Source of the DNA: Lingula anatina
Lineage: Eukaryota; Animalia; Brachiopoda
Direction of reading: 5' to 3'
Length of the DNA: 64,000 nt
Assembly (NCBI GenBank): GCA_051362555.1
Contig: CM120642.1
Location: 28,892,001 to 28,956,000, forward strand
Each line of letters opens with the position of its first letter. Position 1 is the stretch's first letter. Of the stretch, positions 1 to 12,300 are shown in pieces. The translations under genes and the position numbers were made by a program. The notes beneath the pieces were generated by a model that saw only the letters and a program-made list of their open reading frames with translations, was not told the DNA's origin and did no database searches.

Positions 1-3000
1 GAATATGGTAGGTTTTACAACGACTGTGGAGCCATTCGAGAAGCCTTCCAGAGCAAGGTACAAAGACTTGGAGTCCGTCCAGCGGTACTCCACTTCGTTT
101 ACTTGGCACTCTTTTTGAGAATGCGTGAAACCGTCGCTGTCACACTCCGCGAGGTTCTGTTCTTTAAGTTGGTACATCAATTGCTCGATTGTAGAGTACG
201 TTTTGACAACAACGTCATCTTGCCTGCCGTCAAAGGCAGTCACGTGGAGTGTGATGTCCTTGTTCACGATTACCGTGACGTCGGACACAAAATGTTCATG
301 TACTGAATCTTTCCTGTGGTGAATCTCTATGCTCTGGTCACTGCTGTCATTAATGGCCAGTTCCTTCTCGACCATCTCTTTCACGTCCTGGCTCTTAAAG
401 AAGTACAATGTGAGAGTATCCGGAGGGTTGACCACTTTCACTTTCACTTTCAGTATTCGGACGGTGTAGATCTCACACTCATCAGCTTTCTTTGTGTCGC
501 TGATTGACACGTCTTCCAAGCTAGGAATGTTAAACCTTGCCTTCACTTCTTCCTTCACGTCAGCCTTATATCCGACGGTAAACGATTCCTTCTCCACATT
601 CTCGTCATCTATAGGATTGATAATGTGCACCTCCTTGGCAATTTCTATAAACAGGAGGTACTCAGAAGCTGTGCCTTTCCAATAACTACAAGGCAAAAAG
701 TATTCAGTTATATGAATGTTTGATTGTTTTTTCTTTTACGAGGAGCTGGGTAAAGATATAAGGTAGGCAGTCAGTACTAAGCAACACTGACCTCTTTCAT
801 ACAACCTGTTTTAATAATTACTAGTGTAGTAAAAACGATAAAAAATATTTGTATTCATTACAACGAAGTTTCCCGCCAGTCTCAGGATTCTACCTTAATA
901 TAAGATGTTCAAAGTTCAACATTTTAAAAAAATGTAGTAAAAATCAAATAGATATATTCTCCTCACGCCTAAAAAGGGGCCTTTTCCCTTTTACATGGAC
1001 AACGTTCTAAACTCTAAATAAGTCGCTGTTTTCACATTACTTTGATATAAAAAGTAAAACGCGTTCTTGAAAAGTACTCACTTGTACAGTTGCTTCACTC
1101 CCCAATCGAAGTTGTCAATATGCCAATATCTCTCCCCACACAAGAGCAAGTAGGCATCTGCAGACTGTTCAAACCCCGTGCTGGACGCAATAACTGACCG
1201 CACAAAGTCCTCCATTTGCTGGTCAGGACTTAAGTCCACCGTGTGCACCTCCGAAAGTTCACCTTTGTAGTTCCTTAAGCGTCCTTTAAACTGCAACATT
1301 TTAAAGAATAAAAGTAACAAGTTTAGCACTGGTATATTTTGTCATAACAATATAATGCCACACTGTTTGCGTATTTTTTATACAAATATAAATATACAAA
1401 AAAAATATATCCGTATTTTAATAATTATAACATTCTTAACGTCTTAGCTCGTTTTTTTTTTGTTGGTTCTACGTAAAAGATCAGGTTTGCATCTCATTCA
1501 TACTGATAGAGAATGAAAGCAGGCATTTACAGTTTGCCCACTTTTTCTGTGGATATTTTTTTTCAATATTTTTAAAACTTATTATTAATGAAAGTTAAAA
1601 TTTAAACTATACGAACGTAATCCTGTGTGGATGTGATAAACAGCAAAATAAAATGAGCACATGTATCATAAAGGCCAGGCCCGTAGTCAAGAGGGGTTCG
1701 AGGGGTTCGAAAGACCCCCCCCCCTTTTTTTTTGCTGGGAAAAGGTCCCCTCTGGGTAAAATTTCACCTAGGTACACGAAGGTTTCATGGCGAAAGGTCC
1801 ACTTTTTTAGAAAAAGAACCACCTTTCTGCTGGCTACGGGCCTGAAGGTATTTTTGACATTTTCCAGCCAACAAATTATACAGCTCTTTAAGCTCTTTTA
1901 AAAAGAATATTGAGTACCGTGTATAACAACTCCGGCGTAAATACACACTCCAGAACGCCATTCTCTCTTCTCTTGGCCTCAATTCCCGAGTTCGCTATGG
2001 CAGCTCCTGTAGTGGTCCGGTAGAACATGAAACGTCGCTGAATACCCACGGGTCTCTCTATTACGTACTCTTCCTCGCCCAGCAACGCAAACACCCCTAA
2101 AACAGAGCTAAAGGTTTTATATTTTTCCCAGAAACACTAACTTATATGCACAGTTAAGTTGGATCAGAACAGTGTGAAGAAACTGAGACTCCGTGTAACA
2201 GAAAGTCCGCCCTCCATTTAGTTATAATTGTTAGGGTTAGCCTGACGTAAGTGGGTTTAAATCTAGGGCGAGTCTTACTAGTACAAATGAATGGGAAGCG
2301 GACTCTCTATCATGGGGGACTATCTGTCACGTTACACCGGCATGAAAAATAGACCTTTATGCTAAAAATGGAGGTGGTAAAGTATCACAAAATAAAAAGA
2401 TTCTTTTTCACCTTTTTCTACTGCATGCATAAAAAAAAATTCAAGAGTATTTACAAATTGTGATTTGAATATTTCCATAACGCCCAACACAACTGAAACA
2501 AGACCAAAGTAAGCTATATTTGAGCACTCGAAAAGAGAAATAGAGAACAAACTATTAACTATTATTATGAGCATTGAATTCAATACAAACCGATTTTATG
2601 GCCGTCTATATGGACTTCAGCTTGGCATTTTCGTTTCGTGCCATTCCGTAGTAGCAGACGATAGTTATATCCACTGCCTAGCTCCACGTACTCCCCCTCG
2701 GCAGTTTTAAAATGGCGCCCACCTTGAACCTGCACTCTGTAGGGGCCGATTTCCAGATAATTCCCATTGGCCGGTTTGTACTTGGACGGTGCTGGTGTGA
2801 GAGGCAAAAATAAAATGTCAGTTCATACTGACGGACTGTGTTTTATATTATTTGTCATTTGCTTTACATCTTGTTTTGTCATCAGAAACAACTTTAAGTT
2901 TTGAAATTAAAATCACATTCAAAACGATAAGACATCGTTAACATCTAGTTTTCGATTTGTAACATTAGTTGGTAATTTTGCCAAACAGAGAGGGCCAAAT

Positions 3001-5739
3001 ATTTCTTAAATTGGGTGATTTTAAACTTAAACTACTCACTCAGTCCCTCCATTATTTGTTGCAGGCTCTCTTTCATTTCCTGTATATCATTGGTTTGATT
3101 TCGCTGGTTCGTCTCCTTAAATAACAATAAGAAGAGCTGGTTTAGGTCTGTAATATTTTTAAAATAACCTTATTTTGCCAACCATCTTGTGTTTACATTG
3201 TTAAATAATTCAGATGAAAATCATTCTACTAAAAATAATTATTACAGAAACCTTTACACGTGTTTTAGTAATGTGAAACACCAGTAGCCTACAAAATCCC
3301 CCAAAAGCACTTATTGTGACAGTGGTACTTACAATTTGCTCTAATGTCACTTTCAGTTCCAGCATCTTGTTCGCCTTCTGGTCTAGCGTCTGCAAGACCT
3401 CGCTCTGCTTCATGGTCTCAGCGAACATAGCCTGGTTAAGCTGTTTAACTATGTCCTCTTTAAGCTGCTGCAGCGTATCCGCCCGCGATGTGGCCTTGAG
3501 TACCTTGGCAACGGCGTTCTGGTCCGGCATGATGCACTGGATGACGTAGAATTCCGCCTGGTCTAGGACGTCCATCAGTTGCTCGAGGAGGAACGCGGAC
3601 TTGTCGTCTTTAGCGATGATGGTACCCCCAAGAATCACTTCAACATTCCTGATGGTACGGAGTAAGTCCATGGCGTCATTCAACAGCGTTGCGTTGGCTT
3701 TAAATATCCGATACACGCTGCGTATGATGGATAGGACCGTCTTAACGTAAGGTAGCCCGTCTCCTAGATCCAGAGCGTCTTCTAAGATGTGTTCACCTAC
3801 GTTAGTCAAACCGAACTCGTCTGCACGGTCAAGCGCTTTTGCCCCGCTCCCTGCCAAATTAGCAACCTGTAAATTGTAATCGGAAAACTGAGAACTTCAA
3901 AGGGTCAGTTTAGAACCAAAGGCACCGCAAGAGCAGTATCAAAATTAAGCGTGTTTTATTAACTAATTGATTGATTGACTGGTTGATTGATTAAAGACTC
4001 AAGTATGCATATCTGACATTTAATATCTTCGTATTTCTAAAATTAGACAGAATTTTAGAACATTTTGTTTACCATAACATGTTTGCCGCAGTTGACAGCT
4101 TGCTTACAAAATTAAGTGATACTGATCGTTCATGAGAAGTGCCAGATTCAGGATTAAACATTAGTTTCGTTCACTCTTTAAAAGCCACCTTATACTACGT
4201 ATGCGTAAGTATGTAACGTGTCATCTGTAGCATAGAATGATATTTTCTGTGTAATTAATTGTGTACAGATACACTCGATTAAACACAGCTATATTCTTTA
4301 GTTGTCGATTTAACGCCCGTTGGATAATTACTACATACAGAAAAAAAACGTAGAACTACAAACCATTTCTGCCTTCGTATTCCCAAGTGGATTGTGAAGA
4401 TCCATGCTTTCTGTTTCGTTATATGATTTAGTTATCTCCAGCTGCCGTTTAAGTCTACGGAGAAGTAAAGACAGTGCGAGTGCTCCTGTTGAATCCTGCC
4501 ACACTGATAGGAAATCTTTGATTTTGGCTTTCACTAGACAGCATTTCATACATTTAGTGGTCAGGCCGATCTTAGAGAAATACTGCAACTCTTTCCGTGT
4601 TTTGTACCGTTCGTGGAGTTCTTTCTCCACCGCTTTCAGTTCTTTGCCAACTTTCAGTGCCACGCCTGGGAGGTTCTTTGTCTGGTTTTCCTTTACAACA
4701 GAGGCGTACATTCCGAATATCTGCCAGACGTGTTTAAATGGTTTCTTTATTTCCTTGGTTGGTTCAACTGCTATAATGCACTCGGTTTCTGGCTTAGCCT
4801 TCGACACTCCTAATGCATCGGGTGATGCATCTTCATCAGACGGCGATGTTTCATTTTCATTGGCGATGCATGTACTTCTAACACCATCATCAAGGTGCTT
4901 GTCATTTGGTTCTCTGTCCAGATATTCATTTGGCTGTGTTGCATTATTTGGCTCATGGGAAATGTCAATTACTTCTGTTCCTTCGTCATCCTCTTTGTCC
5001 TTGCTTTCTGTCTTCTCATCAGACCTGCTCTCTTGGTGTTGTGTGGAGCTATCATGACTACCCGAGGTCCTGGGCGCGCTGCCGAGAGGTACAGCCACCT
5101 CCTGAAAAATGAAACCATAGATGGGCACTGCTGAATCCGCACGATCACCCCTGTCAAATAGTAAATGTCGTTACTCCTTTCAGTCGTCTTTCTTAAGCGC
5201 TCCGTGAATCAACATACATTGGTTTTGCTGGGTAGGGGGGGGGGTTGGGGGTGGAGGGGGGGGGGGGGGCAAAGATGGAAATGATTGCCTCGATTTGCTT
5301 GACAATTATAAGATAGTGATCGAGGACAATTCTATAAAAGTATCTAAGCCACAGGTTTTGTCCCGTTTCATTTAAAGGGGGTCTGTAGCCCACTGTTTCC
5401 ATCCCTAGATCCTCTATTGAAATAAGTGGTAGCTATAACTTATGTATATGTCACTAATAGCAAGAGACATTTAAAGAAACTGGGTGTAACCATCTACTTA
5501 CCACATTCTGTAACACTATGAAAAATATTGGTCTGTATAACAATATGGGGTAAACATACCTTACGAATGACAGGTTCAATCACCTCTTCCAGGTTCTCTA
5601 TCGGTGGAGAAGAATTATCAATACGTGATTTTTCTTTTACGTCTCCCACGTTTTTGCTGCCGACGTCTGCTACATGTTTTTGGACGTCATACTCGACACG
5701 CTTGTTAATCACCTTTTTCTTACTGGCCCCACTTCCCAT
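1..5739 (-). CDS. Uncharacterised multi-exon gene, 3'-incomplete: N-myristoylated protein with MLKL/HeLo-like four-helix bundle, beta-rich domain and ubiquitin-like repeats
   Basis: Eight GT-AG exons with matching phases: 5739-5560, 5101-4364, 3866-3333, 3115-3040, 2791-2591, 2096-1918, 1290-1082, 685-<1. This gives 2802 nt / 934 codons with no stop. N-terminus MGSGASKKK. Exon 3 has LPYVKTVLSIIRSVYRIFKAN...LEQLMDVLDQAEFYV...AKVLKA. Last exon has ITLHVTAFDGRQDDVVVKTYSTIEQLMYQLKEQ. Exon structure is seen directly; domain calls are pattern inference. Confidence 0.85.
1676..1844. mobile_element. hAT-like MITE; second copy at 6264-6428
   Basis: TIRs CAGGCCCGTAG / CTACGGGCCTG. The core CTCTGGGTAAAA.TT.ACCTA.GTA.ACGAAGGTTTCATGG..AAAGGTCCAC is shared with 6264-6428. 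Confidence 0.75.
2191..2340. mobile_element. Short non-autonomous element (HINE/MITE-like)
   Basis: Termini CCGTGTAAC / GTTACACCGG and internal GTTAGGGTTAG. Confidence 0.45.
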
Positions 5740-6923
5740 GTTTGTTCTTCTCACCTGAGATTATAATTAAAACGATATTTTATTTCACAAAACCAGCTTG
5801 TATGACGTTCTGACTATATGATTGCACAAGCAGGAGACGTACCTGTAAGTGACCTGCGTCGACCAAACTAACTGAAAAATGCAGGTGACATATATATATG
5901 TCCATACCAATAAAACCGGTATACTCTGGTGAATTTGTCTTAAACGAGCTCTGGTCGTTTGTTTTGTGTTAAACCTGAGTCAAGACCGAATATCTACCTA
6001 AGAGGCTTAGTCGTGGGTTACCGTATGTATGTATTATGTCATCGATTATATTCCTCTTAGCATGCAGTGAACATAAGCGATCGATTAACAGAACACAACA
6101 CTGACACAATGGAGAGCTTCGCTCTGATGGGCTCATTATGTCAAACATTGTAAAATACCGCTTTGGCGCCTAGCGACATGCAATAACTTAAAATGTAGGT
6201 TGAGGTAGACACGAAAACATACTTCCTTAAGAAATCTCTCCACTCCAGTATTATATATATATACAGGCTTGTAGCCAAGGAGGGGGGTGTCGAGCGAATC
6301 GCCCTTTTTCTTAGGAAAAAGCATGCTCTGGGTAAAAATTTACCTATGTATACGAAGGTTTCATGGTAAAAGGTCCACCTTTTCCTGAAAAGAAAGCACC
6401 TCCTCTGAAATTTCTGGGTACGGGCTTGCATAATACTAAGCAAGGGACTAAGGGGAGGAGTTCGACCCTCATCAAGCCAGCGAAATGGAATTTGCTTAGT
6501 CATAAGACGGTGCCTTATGATACTTTCGTGAATGCTGGTTGCTAGTCAGGCTAGTGAGAACATAAATTAAAAAACATATTATTTCACACTTACAGCAACT
6601 CCATCGCTTATCCACAAAAACGTCTCTCAGCTGAACATATCCCTTCACACAATTGTCGTCTACCTGTACAATATCTGCGTGATGACCGACATCTTTGTTT
6701 ACCTAAACAACCAGACAACAGGGGACAGCACGTGTGGGTCACAGTGACACCTGGCTGTGACATTGATTTAATCCCCGGAATAGGCTACAGAATGGATGCG
6801 ATCCAGAATTTTGCTTTAAGATAGACTCGAGTTACATTATAAAGTAGTTTTTGTTTGAGGATTTATTGGTAGATTCAATTATCTGAGCAATATGACACCG
6901 GCATATGTATGTGTAGGCCCTAT

Positions 6924-6931
6924 GTGTGTGC

Positions 6932-6981
<50 letters not shown>

Positions 6982-6994
6982 GAGAGAGAGAGAG
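6924..6994. repeat. Compound (GT)n(GA)n microsatellite
   Basis: Read directly. Confidence 0.95.
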
Positions 6995-7357
6995 CTGGTG
7001 ACTGGGTGATTGGGTGGGGTTAGGGGTAGGGAAGGGGGTGGTGGATATTAAAAAAGTGTTGAAAAAGAAAAAATAAGGATGCAAGCCCTAACAAATTCCT
7101 TCCCTGATTTTGAGGAAACCTGAATTTTTTGCGTAAGTTTTTCATCCAAATGGAAAAGATGAATTGGGTATTGTTTTGGTGAGTTTTCACACAAACGAGT
7201 AAAGTATTCCTTTCATGGTGTTTTTACGCTCAAAAATCGCCTACACTGTGGATTTGGAACCCCCCAGTAAAATATATAGTAAATAAAAAAATTAACCCTA
7301 AAATTTAAATGCTAGTGTCCCATAGTATTGTTCTCCATTTAAAAGTTCCGTTACTAA

Positions 7358-7561
7358 AGCCCCCTTTACACTGGACGTCGTCCTTTCTGCGCCCTTTATG
7401 CGACCATGAAACTGGTATCGCTAGCACAAGCATAATTTTGATTGCAGAATGAATGGTAAATGGTAGGCCAGTAGTCGGCACGCAAAGTTTGTTTTTTTTT
7501 ACTCTCAAACAGGGCCGAACTACGGGACGCAGAACGGACGCCGTCCAGCTTAAAGGGGGTT
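7358..7561. mobile_element. Harbinger-type MITE
   Basis: TIRs AGCCCCCTTTACACTGGACGTCGTCC / GGACGCCGTCCAGCTTAAAGGGGGTT, flanked by TAA on both sides. Confidence 0.75.
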
Positions 7562-8235
7562 TAAGAGAATGTGTAAGAACAAGTTTCTTACGATATGATA
7601 ATTATAATAAATTCACATACATGCACACTTTTCATTTTGCTAAAGGACTTTTAAATACCAAAGTACTAAAAAGACATGTAATAAACATGTAATAACAACA
7701 ACAGCAAAAAAAGGAAAAATATCAAGACTGCAAAAATAAGGGAAAATAAAGTTTATTTAAAAATAGAAAAAAAATAGCTTTGTCCCAAAATAAGACAAGA
7801 TAGGAGCTTGATGTCCAGTTAAAAATGGAAAAAATTGTCAAAATGTTTAACAATTTTCAACTAAAGGCCTACATGTATCTGGTATCCAGTGATGTGCCCA
7901 TTCAGGCATTAAAAAAACTTATTTGATAAGTAAATGCACAGAGCCTGTAAAATTAATTGTACTTCTAAAATAAAATGGATAAAATAAAGACTTTTTATTA
8001 CAGCAAAACAATATTACAACTATATCCATATAAATATCACAAGTTTTCACATTTGTCTCAAATGTGCAAAACAACACATTTTAAACACGATTCCAGTGTG
8101 CTTGGATGGTTTAATTCATCACATTAACAAATGGTATATTATATTAAAATAAACTGTCAAATAAATTGTACAATAATGGAATCATTGATATTAAAGAAAA
8201 ATATTTTCAAATAAAATGTTGGAGAATAATACACA

Positions 8236-8560
8236 TCCTTTTCTTGGATAATATAACAGTTACTGCCCAGAAAGTTTAAATGTTTATTTTTTTGTAGATC
8301 CAGATCATTTGCATTCTTTTAATATCACTTTTGCTCAAGCATACATAATGTATCTAATTGAATATCATAGAATATCACACAGTAATCAATATACTGATAT
8401 ACAGGAAGAAAAATAGTGCCAAATAAAATATCCGAGTAAGCAATACATAACCTTTTTTGGAGGGATGATATAAACAGGTTACTGGCCAGTAAAACATTAA
8501 AATGTTCATTTTCTCATAAATCTAGATCACTTTTGCACTCTTCTATTCTACCCAAGCATC
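8236..8560. repeat. Old ~210-bp direct duplication in the DUOX 3' UTR
   Basis: CCTTTTT...GTTACTG.CCAG..AAA..TTAAATGTT.ATTTT...ATC.AGATCA.TT at ~8237 and ~8451. Confidence 0.6.
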
Positions 8561-8610
8561 CAAGACATACATGATGTATTGAATAATTGACATCTTTCTG
8601 CTTCAGTATC

Positions 8611-9280
8611 CTAAAAATTTTCTTCATAGAAAGAAAAGGAGGCTGAAGAAGTCTTGTTGACATGGGAGCAAGCTGCGGACACACTGTTAGTCAAGGCAGG
8701 AGGACCACAAGCAAATACACCAAATTTATGGACCTGGAGAGAGACGATATAAAAATAAACCACTTATGTCTTGCTAAATGAAGAAAATATGGCACAAAAA
8801 TTAATCCAACAATGATATGCATGTTGTTGAGTGATATTTCACATTTTACATTATGGTAACAAAATGTACAAATATATTCATTTTTAATTTGTGAAGATAA
8901 ACACTACATTATGGTAACAAATATATTCATTTTTAATTTGTGAAGATAAACACTACATTATGGTAACAAAGAATGAATCAGCAATTAATATAATAAAGAA
9001 AAAAAAACATAATATTTTACACCATACTTTAAAGCAGAGTTTTCTTACCTTGGGCCATTGTAAGGAGATATCTCTGATCACTTTCTGAAAATCTGGTCGT
9101 CCAAAGTTTGTGGGTGCTTTGAGCCCTGTGAACAGACTTCTCTCTGAGATGCTCACAAAGTGTTTCTCACACAGAAACTAAAAGAATAAAATATTCCTGA
9201 TAAGGCAAAAATATATTGACAACTAGTAAAGCTTTAACTAAAAAGACGAGAAAGACTATCTCCCTCATTTTTGTTGTCAT

Positions 9281-9312
<32 letters not shown>

Positions 9313-12300
9313 CTATGCTTTAAATTGGAAACACAAGAAATAAATCAGCAGGAATTATATATTTTTTAATCTTAAACTAAAATAGAAAATGGAATTCAAG
9401 GAAAATATTCACCATCATCACAGTTCTCAAGTCGAACTTTCCAAAAAATTGAGTGACAAACACGTTGACTGTCACCAAGTCATCAAAATCACTTTCTTCC
9501 ACTTCACGAATGATATCTATCATCCACTCAAACTGACGCTGGTTTTGGGTTACCCAAAAGAAATAGATCTGAAAAATTAATAAAGAAAAATTACTTGCAA
9601 AACTGGGATATTTTTATTTATTTAATATTTCTAAGGAAATATTACTTTGATATTTTCCATTTGTGATACTTTAAACATAATTAGTCTACATTTAATACTA
9701 TTTTCTTTTAAGATATGAATATGATATTTTCCATTTGTAATTCCTAAAAATTTAATCTACAGTAAATCTTACTTAAAAAAAAGAGGTAGTCAGACATGGT
9801 GCTTCAAACCTCACCTTCTTGCAGTTGATTTTGGCCTTTATAGAAGCGAGATAGGACACATGTTTCAATATGGCAGCAAAGGGGGTCACTCCAATACCCC
9901 CGCCCACTAAAATGGCTACTTCGTACTTGGACCAATCTTCAGACACTCCCCCAAATGGACCATCAATGTACATCTAAAACATATACAACATTTTGTTTTT
10001 GGTGTATATCACGTAATTAACTATTGTTAATCATAAATGTCAGGAAATTAACTTTGTAAAATAAAGAGTTGAAATGAGATAAAAAGTTGTCATTTTCTCC
10101 AAATTTTTAACTAAAATGGTACAGCTGGATTACTACTGAAGATCATTTATATTGAGTTCAATTTTGATCCACTAAATTATTATCATACTTGTAGTTGTAC
10201 GTTACTTAATGTAGTAGTAAATTATTTATAAATATTCCAACTGAATGAGCAAGAACCCCTGATCTCACTCATGGAGTTGCTCCAGCATATTCATTGTTTT
10301 TGAGCCCAATTTTAAATGGTTTCTTTTTCACCAAATATATATACCCAAATCAGCTTTTTTACACTTAATCAATTTAGAAATTTAACCATCCCAAAAAATA
10401 AATAAACAAATTAATTAATATAAACAAATTTGTTAATTAAAAAGCAAATAATTGCAAATTTTAATGTGGTACCTTTGGATATGGTCCCTCTCTCAGTCTC
10501 TCTGGGTCCATTAACTGCCTAAGCTGGGTGGTCCATGGTCCAACAGCTCTGATATGGAATGCGATCACATCTTCGTGCTCAGCTGCGGTGATGGTGAATG
10601 GGTGGTACTCGTTGTCTCCATGGCCAACAATGGCGATGCGTGCCCACTGGCCAGACTTGTTCTTAAAGGTTCGGGGCTTCCTCAAGGTGATATGTGTCAC
10701 ATCTGGGAAAATATAAAACTTCATTAGCTATCCTTATCTCCTATAGAACTTATGTTTTTATAGTTTTATAGTATGAGGTATTTTAGTATGCAAAATATCA
10801 GAATTTATCGGCTATCCCTATCTGCTATACAACTTAAGTTTTTATAGTTTAATATATAGTATGAGGTATTTTAGTATGCAAGCAAGAATTTGTGGCCTGC
10901 CCCTTACCCACCCTACCCCACCCCACCTTTAGAAAAAAAAAAACTTACTAGAAGGTAGGTGCTCTGCCTTCAGCACAGTGACAGGAACACTCTTGTTGCT
11001 GATACTGACCAACTTGTCCAATGCAAACAACAACATGGGGCCAAGATAGAAGTAATAGAACCAAGGATCCTGAGGAAGAAATTATCATTTTTTATGGTTA
11101 CGTACTTGAATGTGACGGACACCAAGCATCTCTAAAGAAAAAACTTGTTGTTGTTCAAGGCTATATAGTCTGGGAGTAATTCATTCTACTATCAAGCTTC
11201 ATTCATACACACTTTAAAGAATATTTACACCATAATCAAACAAATAATGCAAATGATAAAAAATTCAGTGTGGTTCTGTGGAATTCTTCACGGCTTACCT
11301 GAACCAGCACTGCACTGCCGTGTAGTATGATGAGAGCGTACAGCAGCACATAGAGGTTGTGGACAGTCCAGAACGCAGTGTACACCTTTTTCCTGGCCCA
11401 GGGGGTGGCAAACACTATCATCAGGGTCAGGAGGACCACCAGGACCACCCCAGTGAGTCCTGTGACTGTCTGGAACAGGTAGAATCCAAATGTTGGCAGG
11501 TAGTCCGACCTGGAATGGATAGAATTGATTGCTATAAGTATGCTGGTCATACATGTAGGTGTTCTAATCAGAATCTGAGGAAGTCAGCAATCCATTATAA
11601 TAACCACAGCAAATCTTTTTTTTTCAGTGGAGCCTTTATTCGTTTGTAATTATTTCTTATGAAGTAATCAAGTTATTGGCCAATATGGATTTTTCAATAT
11701 AGATAACAAGCTGTATCCAATATATTATACTGATACTATATGATACTCTTGCAGTCTAAACATTGGCCTGTTCACTTAAACTTAGTAATCTACAGAATAA
11801 AAAGTCTAGTTCTGCCCCTTTCATATGTACCTGAACCAGATGGTATTGGAGAACACACAGCCCACAAAGTCAGGAGGTTGAGTTGACAGGTGGTAGAAAT
11901 TGATACAGTGGCCAATGGTATGTCCCACTGAAACAGAAATTAAACCTATTTCTTCACATTTATAATGGTAGAATCACTAGCAAAAGTATGCTATAAAGAA
12001 CAAAACAATAATTAACTACTTTGATGTTTCAGATGGCTTACTCTTCAAAAATGTCTTTTTGATTTTGCAAATATGCAGTTTTTAAACTTTTGATTTTTTG
12101 CCAAACTTTTAATTGAATTGGGTCACATAATATAAAACTTGAATTTGAAACACCACCTGAGTGTCAACTTACAAGCTATAAATGTGGATGTGTATGCAGA
12201 AACCTTGTGAAAGCCAAAAGCAGCATCAAAGGGCACATAGTTATTGACCCAAGTGGTTCTCAGCAAGTTCATGGTGTTCTTGCACATAGTCAGCAGAACC

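Noticed and set aside
103-685. Plus-strand ORFs 103-306, 125-322, 316-507 and 494-685
   Set aside because: Antisense shadows of the stop-free minus-strand exon.
4404-5057. 217-aa plus-strand ORF
   Set aside because: Antisense to exon 2 of the minus-strand gene, with no recognisable motif or splice support.
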